From assembly GCA_963724325.1 (NCBI GenBank), contig CAVRUH010000011.1, positions 1-64,000 of the forward strand: DNA of 64,000 nucleotides, in the 5' to 3' direction. Origin of the DNA: Waddliaceae bacterium. Its GTDB lineage: Bacteria; Chlamydiota; Chlamydiia; Chlamydiales; Waddliaceae. Below are positions 1 to 11,935 of this stretch, piece by piece; position 1 is the first letter of the stretch, and every line of letters starts with the position of its first letter. The notes below the pieces were generated by a model. The model did no database searches. It had not been told where the DNA came from and worked only from the letters and a program-made list of their open reading frames with translations. The position numbers were made by a program, and so were the translations under genes.

Positions 1-3000
1 AAGCGCTTTTCATGGATTCTGGCATGGGAAAGGATGCATTTTCCATATTCGAGCAAGGAAAACTTGACCAAATTATTGTAGAATCTCCCTTAGGACGCCG
101 TTCCGTTTTCGAAAAAGCCGCTGGTATTGAAAAATTTCTCTAACAGAAAAAATGAAGCTCTCCGAAAACTCGAACAAACTGAAGCCAACGTCGAAAGGGT
201 CAAGGACATCCATCAGGAAATCGAAAAACAAATTATAGTTCTTGAACAACAGGCCGAAGTTGCTCGTCATTTCAAGGAAAATAAGGCCGAACTCGATTAT
301 CTTGAACTCGCACTGATGTCGACAAAGTGGGATAACCTGCAAAATAGAATTGAATCGACTAAGGCAAAGAGCGAAGAGAAGCAAAATGAAGTGAATGCTA
401 TTCAAGCCGGAATAAGCGTGCATGACGAAGATCTCCATCAAGCTAAGAAAAATTTAACCGAAGCTCAGCTGATTTTGCAAAGCAAGCGGGAAGAGGTCTA
501 CAAACGACGAAGTGAAAAAGAAATTAAATCCAAAGAATGGCAGGGGAACCAGAGTCTCCAAGAAATCATTCAAAAGGAAAAAAAATGGCTTCAAGATCTA
601 GATCAACTCATTGAAAAACGCAAACAGTGGAAATATGAAGCAGGGGCTGCAGGAAAACAGCTTGAAGTTGTTGAGGCTGAACTTAAAACTCTTGAGAATA
701 CACGCGAGGAAAATCGGAATAAGCTGGCAAACCTGGAGACTGAAGTAGCAAAAATTCGCGAAACCCAGCAAATCCTGCATAAGGATTTGGTGAGAGTGCT
801 TCAAAAGGAAAGCGAATCGGCAAGTGAATTGAAACAAGACAGCCTCCGTCTAGAGCACAATTTGGAGCGCAAAAGGCATCTTGTTGATAGGAAGGATCGT
901 CTCACAGAGCAGATTCAAGAGATTACTAACGTCCTTGAAACAAAAAAATCAAGCATTGAGATTTGCAACCATGCTGTAGATCAGCAGAAGGGCGGCGTTC
1001 AGTCTATTGACAGAGAATTGAAAATTATTGCGACCGATATAGATGAAAATAAGAAGAAGTTGGATGCTCTTATCCGCGAAGTCGCAGAAAGTAGAGCCCG
1101 TCAAAAGGTCCTTCTTAGAATTCGCGAGCAGATGGAGGGGTTTTCCGTCGGCAGCAAGCGCATTCTGAAGGAATCTACCTCTCCTCAAAGTCCTCTTTTC
1201 AATAAGGTCAAAGGCCGATACGAATCCATTTCGGCATCAAAAGGGAGTGTGAAAAAGCCCTTTCAGTAGTGCTTAGACCTTATTCACAGACATTGGTGGT
1301 TGAAAAAACCGAGGATTTACAAGCTGTAATCGATTTTGCCAAGCAAAATAATCTCAAAGACTACTCCATTATTTGTTTGGAACAACTTGGACAATCAAAT
1401 TACAACCCAATCGAAGGAGTCCCTCTGTTGAGTCAGGTGTCCGAAAATGACATCTCACGCCATTTCCTCAAAAATGTCTATGTCACAGAAAACGCGTTGG
1501 AAGCCTTTAGCCTCATCAAAAAGGCACAAGGAGTCGAGGTGTGGACTCAAGACGGAGCTTTCATAGATCCTAGAGGAGTGATTTTCTATTCTACAGAAGG
1601 AGATAACAACATTTTTATTCGGGAGGCAGAGCTCAATACCCTCGAAAAGAAACTTCATGAGAAAGAGGCTGTTCAGGCTGCCATGGAAACGACAATGAAC
1701 ACTCTTTCCCAGCGAAGAATAGAACTGCAAAATCAGAAGACTGAACTTGAAAAAACCCTCCGTCAAGAGGAAATGAAGCTCGTAGAAGCCAATTTTACAC
1801 TTCAAAGGCTAAACTCTGACCTCAACCGTTTCAAGGCAGAACAAGCCAAATTAGATGAAGAATTCAAGTCCATTGATGAAGTTACAGATAAATTGCACCA
1901 TCTGATTGCTGAACTCAAACAAAAACATGCTGAGGCTAGGGCAAAAGCTGAAGAAATGCGCCAACAAGAGTCAACGCTGACTTGTGGATTGGCAGAGCAA
2001 ATGGCCGGACTGCAGAAGCAACAAAGCGGTCTCCGAGAAATAGAACCTCGCTATCAGCACAAACATGAAGAACAGCGCAAGTTGATGCATCTCCTTCAAG
2101 TTCTCGAAGTTAAGGAATTGGAAAGCCAGCAGCAAGAAAAGCATCTCCAGGAAGAAATAAAGAGCATGCAGCTGCAGCAAGATCATATTCAAGGTAATAA
2201 CTCTGAATTCCAACAAATTCTCGAAGAGGTCGAAAAGTCCCTCGCCGATGTCCTTGCGCATACTTCAGAATGCGAAAAAGAGGCGGCGCACAAGCGGGAA
2301 GCCATCGAAGTTATCGAAAGAAAAACTGCCGATAGCAGAAAATTTTGAAACAACTTGAACAAGAGTTTCATCAATTTGGTATTCTTTCTGCTCAATTAAA
2401 TGCCTCTGCGATATCTAGAAACAGAACTTAACGAGGCTATCATAAACAGTTTAAGAACTAGGCGAGCATATGTACTCGAAACATCTATAGAAAAAGCAGA
2501 AAAAGATATTCGCTCCCTTCGTTGCAAAATCGAAGAGGCCGGCGACATCGATATGACCTCAATTGAAGAATCCGATAAATACAAACAAAGATATGAGTTC
2601 CTTAGCCGCCAAATTGAAAATCTTGAGGCCTCCAAAAAAGAACTAGTCGAAATCATCACACAATTGGATGAGAAAGCCGCAAAATTTTCCAAGAAACTTT
2701 CGAGAAAATTCGGGAAAACCTCAGAAAAACTACCAGCTGCTTTTCAATGGGGGCGAGTCCGACCTGCTATTTACCGAAAGTGCAGATGTCCTCGAAGCCG
2801 GAATCGAAATAGTTGCAAAACCCCCAGGAAAACAGATGCGCTCGATCAGCCTTCTGTCCGGTGGAGAAAAATGTTTGACCGCGCTTGCGCTTCTATTCTC
2901 AATTTTTGAGGTAAAGCCAGCACCATTTTGTATTCTTGACGAAATTGACGCGCCGCTTGATGATTCCAACGTCGAGCGTTTTCTCAATGTTGTTAAAAAA

Positions 3001-3159
3001 TTTGTGGATCGTTGCCAATTTATTATCATCACGCATAATAAGAGGACGATGTCTATTGCCGATGTGCTATTTGGCGTATCGATGCAAGAAAAAGGGATCT
3101 CTAAGATTCTAGCTATGGAATTTAGCAAAGAAAAAGACCCGGAACCTGTTCTTGTTTAA
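1..3159 (+). CDS. smc: Chromosome segregation ATPase SMC, 5'-truncated by the window and broken into several frames (probably sequencing indels)
   Basis: Frame 3 at the window start reads [25 protein letters not shown]. Long coiled coils span ORFs 127-1269, 1269-2348 and 2400-2909. The C-terminal head has LLSGGEK and [14 protein letters not shown] (ORF 2668-3159). Confidence 0.93.
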
Positions 3160-3186
3160 AATAATCTAATAACTTAGGAGTTTTTT

Positions 3187-4299
3187 ATGTTGATTGGCAT
3201 ACCCAAAGAAGTGAAAGAGTTTGAATTTAGAGTCGGAGCAACCCCTGCGATGATCCGTTCTTTTGTTGAATCAGGCCATCAAGTCATGGTCCAGACACAT
3301 GCCGGAGACCAAATTGGATTCTCAGATGCCCTATACAAAGAATCTGGAGCTCAAATTGTCACTTCAGCCAAAGAGGTTTGGACTGCCGACATGATTATCA
3401 AAGTCAAAGAGCCGCAAACTGCCGAATTTCCTCTCATGCATGAGGGACAGATTCTATTTTGTTATCTGCACTTGGCTCCAGACCCAATCCAAACACGTAA
3501 TTTGCTCGACAGAAAAGTTATTGGCATTGCTTACGAAACTGTAACAGACGCAGCCGGCCGACTTCCGCTCCTTGTTCCCATGAGTGAAATTGCTGGTCGC
3601 TTAGCCATCCAAGTGGGAGCCGTATATCTTCAAATGAATAAAGGGGGCAAAGGGTTGCTTCTCGGAGGAGTTCCCGGAGTTCTTCCTGCGAACGTAATTG
3701 TATTGGGTGGTGGAGTCGTCGGAACAGAAGCGGCCAGAATGGCTTTGGGGCTTGGAGCTCACGTAACTATCTTGGATAAGAATATAGATCGGCTCCGCAC
3801 GTTGGATGCCATGTATGGACCTAATCTTCGAACGCTATATTCGACTACATTAGAGATTGAGCACATCTTAAAAACTGCGGATCTTGTGATTGGGGCAGTA
3901 TTGATACCTGGAAAGACAGCACCTCGCTTGGTGACGAGGAATATGTTGAAGGGGATGGAGCCAGGATCTGTTATTGTGGATGTTGCGATTGATCAAGGGG
4001 GTTGTACTGAGACATCACGTCCGACAACACATGGGAATCCGACCTATGTTGAAGAGGGGGTTATGCATTATTGTGTGACGAATATGCCTGGGGCTGTTGC
4101 CCGTTCATCGACATTGGCGCTAACAAATGCCACGATGGATTACGCCTTAAAGATAGCCAACTTAGGTTACCAGCGTGCCCTTGCAGAGAACCATGGTCTC
4201 CGCAACGGCCTCAACGTTTGGATGGGCGAAGTGACAAACCACTCCGTGGCCCACGACCTTAACTACACCTACGTCCCTCCCGAGGAGGTGCTGGCCTAA
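3187..4299 (+). CDS. ald: Alanine dehydrogenase
   Basis: MLIGIPKEVK..EFRV start, GGGVVG Rossmann motif, DVAIDQGG, YCVTNMPGAV. Confidence 0.97.
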   Translation: MLIGIPKEVKEFEFRVGATPAMIRSFVESGHQVMVQTHAGDQIGFSDALYKESGAQIVTSAKEVWTADMIIKVKEPQTAEFPLMHEGQILFCYLHLAPDPIQTRNLLDRKVIGIAYETVTDAAGRLPLLVPMSEIAGRLAIQVGAVYLQMNKGGKGLLLGGVPGVLPANVIVLGGGVVGTEAARMALGLGAHVTILDKNIDRLRTLDAMYGPNLRTLYSTTLEIEHILKTADLVIGAVLIPGKTAPRLVTRNMLKGMEPGSVIVDVAIDQGGCTETSRPTTHGNPTYVEEGVMHYCVTNMPGAVARSSTLALTNATMDYALKIANLGYQRALAENHGLRNGLNVWMGEVTNHSVAHDLNYTYVPPEEVLA

Positions 4300-4337
4300 A
4301 TGAAGAATTGGTGACATTAATGGCTATGTCTTTTGCC

Positions 4338-4569
4338 GGTGGAATTTCCTGCGCTTTATCCCGTAGGGATTATTTTCAATAATAGCCCATGATGTAGCGC
4401 TGAAGGCGCAAATCGTGGGTAATGCCAAAATATATTCTTAGCTGCGTAGTGGCTATTTATCGTATATTAAGTGCCGCTACGCGGCAAAGGTTATTTTTTG
4501 CATTGACCCACGATTTGCGCTTACAGCGCTACATCATGGGCTATTATTGAAGGCATCCCTACGGGATGC
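4338..4569. repeat. Palindromic element family A, full copy (~210-bp imperfect hairpin 4358-4567 with ATCCCGTAGGGAT/ATCCCTACGGGAT ends)
   Basis: Arm TTCAATAATAGCCCATGATGTAGCGCTG..GCGCAAATCGTGGGT pairs with ACCCACGATTTGCGC..CAGCGCTACATCATGGGCTATTATTGAA. A second, collapsed copy lies at 5710-5768. Confidence 0.9.
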
Positions 4570-4599
4570 AAATCTTGTCCTGGGGGGCAAAGATAAAAC

Positions 4600-4628
4600 T
4601 TGAAATAAAACTGTAGGTTTTGCATAAT
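4600..4628 (+). promoter_or_regulatory. Putative sigma70/sigma66 promoter of the 4673 gene
   Basis: TTGAAA-17 bp-CATAAT, followed by GGAG RBS and ATG at 4673. Confidence 0.55.
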
Positions 4629-4672
4629 AAAGTCTAGGGAATTAATAAAAATATTACTAAAATGGAGTTTTT

Positions 4673-5615
4673 ATGAATCTAGATGCTTGCAAAAAAAATT
4701 TAGTAGCTCTTCAAAATGAACCAAATTTTAGACTCTACCGTTTTGATGAAAATACAGGTTTACTTAACAAAGCAACCGCATGGGGAAGAGTCATAAGACT
4801 AATCTTAAATATCGTCACTTTTGGTGGGCAGGATAGAGAAGTGTTCCGAGCATACCAGGCTAGCATAACCGCAGTCAATAATGGAGATCTCAAAGAGCTT
4901 AATTCTTACGAATTTACAAAAAGTAATATCGGTTCTACTTTAAAAGGTAAAAGCATAGAAGATATTTTCAAAAAAGAAATACGAACCGAAGTTCCTAGAT
5001 TCACAAGGAACAGTCGACGCTGAGCCATTAGAAGTCGTTAATTCCGAAGAAGTAAAACCGACAGTGGTTGAAAAATCCGTGGAATCTGATGCAGAAGAAC
5101 AAACAAAACTGGCTGAATTTAAAGAAAGCATTCGCATGGAGTCAGAAAAGGATGACCTAGATGCAACAGAAATCTTAAAACTGATTAAGGAACAAGGAAA
5201 ATTTTCTTTGGAGACTTATAACGAGATGTTTCCGACCTTTACAGAAATTTTTAATAAATTAGCTTCAAAGTTATCTACCATCGATAAAGAAAAAATAACT
5301 GAATCGAAACAACTTGCAGCTACCGCTACGAATATTGCGGGAGAAATAAGGAGTCATTTCCCTTTTGCATGGGGCTTGGATGCATTTGAGAATGATGCTT
5401 ATAATAAAGTAAGTGAGGTTCGTGATGCTTTTGTGAAAGCATACGTAGAGGTGGGTAAAGTAGAACTTGAACTGAGCTACCTTATGCTCAAACTGAAGAA
5501 TAACGGAAATTTATCTGAAATGGATAAACAAAAACAACAAGAATTATTTGAAAGGATCGAAAAGGTCGAGACCTCTTTAAGCGAATTCTCCCAAAAGATG
5601 AAGGAATGGGGCTAG
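4673..5615 (+). CDS. Hypothetical protein (~313 aa if an A6-run frameshift at ~4970-4975 is corrected): shared N-terminal leader plus helical/coiled-coil C-terminus; candidate secreted effector
   Basis: Removing one A at 4970-4975 joins ORF 4673-5023 to the frame of ORF 5064-5615 (..FKKKYEPKFLDSQGTVDAEP..). The N-terminus is homologous to that of the 24076 gene. Confidence 0.7.
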
Positions 5616-5709
5616 TAATCCCCAAAAAATTTGTAGCGGTATCAATATTCATTAAAATATCTATGAAGAGTGAGTTTCATTGCTGAAAAATATGATTGGC
5701 TCATTTGCG

Positions 5710-5768
5710 GGTGGAATTTCCTGCGCTTTATCCCGTAGGGATTATTGAAGGCAAGCCCTACGGGATGC
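5710..5768. repeat. Palindromic element family A, internally deleted copy
   Basis: GGTGGAATTTCCTGCGCTTTATCCCGTAGGGATTATT is identical to 4338-4374 and is joined directly to the right end GAAGGCA..CCCTACGGGATGC. Confidence 0.88.
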
Positions 5769-8700
5769 TCAAATTTGTACTAGGCTTTTATAAATCAGCG
5801 CGTTGTGCTGAAAGACGAATTATGTCCTTTGTGTCGTTTTGGTCCTTTCCATCCTGGGAGTATGGATAATAAAAATATTAAAATTATTGTATTAAAACTT
5901 GAAATAATATATAATTTTGTCATAAAAATAACCTATTAGTAATTATATGAATCCGGTTAATGGCGGCAAAACTCAGGACCTGGCAGAATGGATGCGACAA
6001 AGTAATGTTAATCCTGATAATGCTGGTGTGGGACCTGCGTTGGTTGCAAAAGAAATCGACGATGAAATCTCTTGGCAGGTTCAACTCATCAAAGAGTATC
6101 TAGTTAAGCAAGTTCAAAAAAGAGACCGTAATGACAAAGCCGCCCAAGGAAAAATAGAAGGACTATTTGGCTCTCTTAATGCAAAAGAATGCAAATTTTT
6201 ACTCAGATTTCTCAATAACTGCATTGATCGCAAAGTCATATTTGAAACCCTGGGCTCAAAGGATCTCAATAAATCCACAAAAAAAGAAAAATTGCTTCCC
6301 TATATTAAAATAGCTTTGGCCAAAGCCTTATCCCTGGCTAATGACAGTGATGTGAAAACTTATCAAACGATTTTAAATAAAATTGTACCCATTGAAGTGC
6401 AGCACGATAAGGGCGGAACCGTTAATATCAAGAACATGGCTCTTGTATTTGGCGATTCTTTTATTCATGCTTCAGGATTCGAAGGGGACGTCAATTCTGT
6501 ACCATATGCCTATTTAGCGGCTGGATGCCTGAAAAAAATGGATTTGAATTTGCAGCTTCAAAATATATTGCTGGATGGAATTTCGCTCCGATCTGAAAAG
6601 ACTCTCCCTGCACGGAAATTAAAAGCAGAATTAATGAAAAAAATCGAAAAGAATGGGGCATGTCTGATTTATGGTGGTTGGAGAGATCACAGCATTGTCT
6701 ATGAATTTGAAAAACAAAAAGATGGAAAGTACACTTTCAGAATATACAACGAAGGGGCTGGTACGGAATTCCACAGAAGAACTACTAAAGATCGTCGCGA
6801 TAAAGTCGATGGTTGTATAGCTCTTAAGGACATTTCAGAAACTGCCCTTATTTCAGATTCTTTTATTGCATGTTTGCAGTCTCTATGCCCCATGGAGTCA
6901 AAGGAAGGGCCAGCTGAACTACTTATCGGTTTTTTTCTTCCTCTGTTGGGCGGTGTTGCTGAAACCATTCCTCCTGGAGTGCAAAGTGAGCTTTCTCTTC
7001 AACGTTCCGGAACTTGTACATATAAATCCCTTCTTGCTTGCGTTGCGAATCACCTGAGTGAATATGATTATAAGCTCTTCAAAGTAGAGTTGAAGCTCTT
7101 CTTGATGGATGAGTATTTGCCAACGCTAAAGACAGAAGCGAAGGCTAAGATTACTGAGTATGCATATGACGACGCAAGAAGAAATTATGCTTTGATAAAA
7201 AGATCGATTGAGAAATTTGCAGCTAGTCTAGCCAAGCCCAAAAACCGAAATCTTCCAGTTAGTATATTTACGCGGGCTCAGGACAAAATATTACAATATA
7301 AACAAGTGTTAAAAGTATATGAAGACCGAATTTTAGATTTTGAAAAGACTCAAATGCATAGCAAAGGAAAGATCGATGAACTCGACTCAAGTATGGGAAC
7401 TTATCTTATGGGAATTGTGGGACCATGGGTATATAAGGATCAGGACCTATCCAGCATGGGGGCAAGGCACCTCTCAGACTTTCTAGGGAAGAATTGTGTC
7501 GATTTAATCAAGGCAATAGATAATTTGCCCCCTGCTTTTGACATTAAATTTTGCCCGGCCTTTGAAATTATCTTGCGCGATATAAAAATGGAAAAAAATA
7601 ACACTAAAACTAAATACGGAGAGGATCAATATGTTTTGGATCTTTTGTTAAGGAAATTAGGTTCATTTAATCAGTGGCAAAAGATTAATTTTGCATCCCC
7701 AAGCGAAGCATTTAATCGATTAGAATTTATTGTAGAAGGGTTGATTAACAAAATCAACGAGGGATCTCTTGCCGAGGACTATGCAAGGCTTTTTTCATTT
7801 ATGCACGGTATGGAAATAGCCTATGCACAGATGTCTCAGAAGGAAAATATGATCCTTCCTACTTTTAATTTTAGTCTCATTTCGGCGGCATCGATCAATC
7901 AATTAAGTGAATTGCAATGCTCAGATCCATTTTGGGTGGAACACATTAAACAATTAAATGAGTTGCCCAATCGTCCATTAGCATTTCGAGGAATACAGTT
8001 TGACTCGAATATGAGCTGGGATCAGCAAGGACAAGGAATCTCTTTAGACTTCGCCATTTGTGATGCAGTTTACAACTGGTTTCAAAAAAATATACCCCTT
8101 AAAGAAAAAGTAACACAAAGTATTGAAAAACAACGGATAAAGCAAAAAAAATTTATAGAAGATGAGATTGCAGAACAAAAAAATCGTATTGCTATAGAAC
8201 AAAAGCGCATAGACGGACAAGGGTGTGTAGATTATGAGGAAAAAAAGCTCCTGGTTGAACTAAGTGAAGAAATTGATGCAATACCCGGTCAAGTGCGTGA
8301 TAATCCCAAGTGGTGGCCGTGGGGATTTCGTGAACCCTGTGATGAAGAGCCATATGCAACGCGATCGGTTGAGTTTAAAGGGGCATTTCTGTACGCTAAG
8401 CAGTCTTTTTTTGAAAAATTAATAGATGGAAAGAGCGATCTCCTTCCCCCAGAATTCCGAAAACTGATGGATGTGGGGGCAATTTGTCACAATATATTTT
8501 CAAAAAAAGAGTCTTTCTCTGATGAATGTATATCATGTCCAACAAAATTGGTGTGGACGTATCAGACGCCGAATATACTGCATTTCATACCCACAATGAG
8601 CAGTAAATTTTCATCGGCATGTCAGCGGACTAATAGATATATAGATTCCATTCCAAATGAATCTTGCAAACTAATTTATAGACAGAATCCGGTTCAAACG

Positions 8701-9931
8701 ATGAAGGGCTATTCTGAATCAACTGCACCTCGTGAAACTGCAAGCTTGGCTGGGGTAGTTAAATCCACTGAAATTGGGAGAGATGATGTCCTAGAGATTC
8801 TTTCATTAGCAAGCTCTCCCTGGATTTTAATTGATTCATTGCTTATCTATTACAATGAAAATCGCAAAGATCTATCTGATGCAAGTTGGTTTAATTTATT
8901 TCACTCTTTGCTTTTTAACGGAAATTTTCTTCTTCGCGCCTTGGGTGATTTGCAACAAAGAGACATTCTTGTGTCTAAATTCCGTAGATTTTTTAACGTG
9001 ATTATCGAAAATGCAATTGAACTTAATGATTTTTCCACAGCTGCTAATGTTGCTTGGATGGCAAAAAATGTACAAACTTATCTCGATCATGTCATGGAAA
9101 AAGAAGCAGGTGCAAAAAAAATAGAGCCTATCATTGCTGTGACGACCCTGACACGCATTTTTGAAAAAGGGACAGTTGCCAAATTTGGGATTCATAAGCC
9201 GGTGCTGTTTGAGGCCATGACAGCTTGTTGTAAAGACTTATTCCTCAAAGGACCTCAGACAGACGATGAAAAAAAGCTGTTTGCATATGGTTGTATAGCT
9301 AATTCTTTTAGACTGTTGAATCCGCCTGGAAATAAGTCATGGTGTATTCCACGGTCCGAAGATGCTATGAATGCGATGGCAAATTTACGCAATACTCTTT
9401 CAAAATTGGATATAAATGATGGATTGAAAAGAACGATAGATAAGAGTTTGAGAATATATGGTGCTTACATTATGAAGATCATGTTTCCATTGATGAAGAA
9501 TGCGTGTTTATTAGCATCCCATTTAATTGATGAATATTCTATAATAGATGGACTGACTGGCCAGTTTTATGGTTATATTTACCTATCCTCCGGAACATTT
9601 GTACCAAAGAATGATGTCGTATTTCGCATTTTTGATAAGCCGCTACCATACGATGTTATACGAATTTTACAAGAGCAAAACGTATTTGTGAAAGTTGCTA
9701 AAATTGATTTTGATAAATTTCGATGTTGTATTGCTCGGGATAATGTCATTCATATTCAGGATGTTGAATCAAAGCTTGAATTGAGAGTTTCTCTCCAAGA
9801 TGGATCTGTTTATGTTCTAACAGAAGTATTCCTGCAAAACCAACCTCAAAAATTATGGCTGCATCATATTCCCTTTTCCCTAGATTTTAGAAAATCATTA
9901 TTTTGCAATAAGTATCTACATCGTAACTATG

Positions 9932-10109
9932 AAAATATATATTTTCTATGTGACAAACAGACGCACAAACCTGTCTACCAGGGATCTCAAGTTAAAGATA
10001 GCATAAGTTTTGAACTATCTTCGAGTGTTTCTCCTAAATTAATAGTTGTCCATTCATATCAGGATACATTCTTTTCCAGCTTTGAAAAATCAGGCAATAC
10101 CGTCTTTCT
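9932..10109 (+). repeat. Left copy of the 178-bp direct repeat (target duplication) flanking the IS
   Basis: Identical to 11758-11935 (AAAATATATATTTTCTATG...CAATACCGTCTTTCT). Confidence 0.96.
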
Positions 10110-11757
10110 CCTGACTTCTGCCAAAATTTGAATATCCTCAAATATCCAAAAAAAGAGGTTTGATTTGCAATGGGTTGCAATTTTTCTTAGTGCAAAAAAC
10201 CGCACTAAGCTCTATTTTTAGTAGATGCGGGGAAATCTTTCTATTCGAAAAGTTCGCACTTCATCCGGTGCGATTGCTGTACAAATAATTCGTTACGCCC
10301 AAGGCAAACGTATTATCATTCGTCATATTGGTAGCTCTCATACTGATGATGAATTAGCTGTGCTTTATCAAGAGGCTGAAATTGTAAGAGAACAACTATC
10401 TCTTCAACCCTCTCTTTTTTCAATAATAGAAAAACCCTCAAAGATCCTACATGTAGACCATTTACAATTAACTTCAATCACCCATCGCTTTGCTCATTTA
10501 GCCTTGAAAAAATGCTCTCAATTATGTGGATTGGCATTTCTTCATCCTTTATATCAAGATCTTGCTTTGATGCGTATAGTAGAGCCTGCTTCAAAATTAC
10601 GCACAATTGAATTATTGGAAAATTATTTTGAAATATCTTACGCAGAACGATCTGTCTATCGTTTACTTCCCAAGCTTTTAGAGCACAAAGATGCTATTGA
10701 AAATGCAGCCTATCATACTGCTAAAGTACATTTTAACGAGTCGTTTGCTCTTGTTCTCTATGATGTCACGACTTTGTACTTTGAAAGCCACGAACCTAAT
10801 GATGAGCTAAGAGCTCGAGGATTTTCCAAAGATGACAAATCAAAACAACCGCAAATTGTTGTAGGATTGCTAGTAACTCAACAAGGGTTTCCTCTTAGGC
10901 ATGAAATCTACAAAGGGAACACTTTTGAAGGACATACAATGCTGGATGTAGTTAAGGTATTTCAAAAACATCATTCCAATTGTAAGCCGATCATTGTTGC
11001 TGATGCCGCCATGCTTTCTCAAGAAAATATGGATCTTCTGGAGGCTGAAAACTATCAATATATTGTAGGTGCTCGGCTTGCAAATGGTTCGAAAGCTTTT
11101 ATTGAATTAATTACATCACGATTGAAAAAGAAAGAAGGAGATATCATTCGTTTACCTTATCCTAATCGTTCTTACGAGATAGTCTGTTCTTACTCGGAAA
11201 AACGAGCAAAGAAAGATCAATATGAATTTGAAAAACAAATCATGAAAGCCCAAGAGATAATTGTAAAGCAGGAATCAGGAAAACGAGCCAAATTTGTCAA
11301 AAAATCAAAAGCCCATAATGATGCATTTGTTTTAAATAAAGAATTAGAAGAGAAGGCAAAAAAACTTATTGGTATTAAAGGGTACTGCACAAATATTTCT
11401 GAAGGCATTTTATCAAATATTCAAGTTATTGAATACTATCATGCGCTTTGGAATGTGGAACAAGCATTTCGCATGTCAAAAACAGATCTTAAAGCTCGTC
11501 CAATTTTTCATCATACACACGATGCTATTAAAGCTCATGTCTTGCTCTGCTTCATGGGACTAATGATGGGAAAATTTTTGGAAATTAAAACAGGTCTATC
11601 TTTGCGAAGAGTGCGAGATATTCTCTGGAATGTTCAAGAAGCTCACATCAAGGACGAATTAACAGGAAAAACCATTACATTACAAACCAACATGAAAGAT
11701 TTTAATGAAAGTAAACTTGTTGAATTTCTGAAACCGCACTAAATGGCAGAAGTCAGG
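10110..11757 (+). mobile_element. IS1634-family insertion sequence, 1,648 bp, with perfect 14-bp terminal inverted repeats
   Basis: CCTGACTTCTGCCA (10110-10123) and TGGCAGAAGTCAGG (11744-11757) enclose a single DDE transposase ORF. Long direct repeats flank the element. Confidence 0.95.
10225..11742 (+). CDS. IS1634-family DDE transposase
   Basis: YDVTTLYFE, GFSKD, VADAAM and Y..LW.VEQAFR.SKTDL..RPIFH motifs; 505 aa, intact. Confidence 0.93.
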   Translation: MRGNLSIRKVRTSSGAIAVQIIRYAQGKRIIIRHIGSSHTDDELAVLYQEAEIVREQLSLQPSLFSIIEKPSKILHVDHLQLTSITHRFAHLALKKCSQLCGLAFLHPLYQDLALMRIVEPASKLRTIELLENYFEISYAERSVYRLLPKLLEHKDAIENAAYHTAKVHFNESFALVLYDVTTLYFESHEPNDELRARGFSKDDKSKQPQIVVGLLVTQQGFPLRHEIYKGNTFEGHTMLDVVKVFQKHHSNCKPIIVADAAMLSQENMDLLEAENYQYIVGARLANGSKAFIELITSRLKKKEGDIIRLPYPNRSYEIVCSYSEKRAKKDQYEFEKQIMKAQEIIVKQESGKRAKFVKKSKAHNDAFVLNKELEEKAKKLIGIKGYCTNISEGILSNIQVIEYYHALWNVEQAFRMSKTDLKARPIFHHTHDAIKAHVLLCFMGLMMGKFLEIKTGLSLRRVRDILWNVQEAHIKDELTGKTITLQTNMKDFNESKLVEFLKPH

Positions 11758-11935
11758 AAAATATATATTTTCTATGTGACAAACAGACGCACAAACCTGT
11801 CTACCAGGGATCTCAAGTTAAAGATAGCATAAGTTTTGAACTATCTTCGAGTGTTTCTCCTAAATTAATAGTTGTCCATTCATATCAGGATACATTCTTT
11901 TCCAGCTTTGAAAAATCAGGCAATACCGTCTTTCT
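11758..11935 (+). repeat. Right copy of the 178-bp direct repeat (target duplication)
   Basis: Identical to 9932-10109 and begins immediately after the right IR. Confidence 0.96.

Noticed and set aside
1..3159. smc pseudogenisation or programmed frameshifting
   Set aside because: Several frame breaks cluster in the first 3 kb while the motifs stay conserved. Sequencing or assembly indels are the simpler explanation; read polishing would settle it.
4960..5064. Phase-variable A-tract in the 4673 gene
   Set aside because: The run is only A6 and the window has other indel-like errors, so it cannot be distinguished from a sequencing error.
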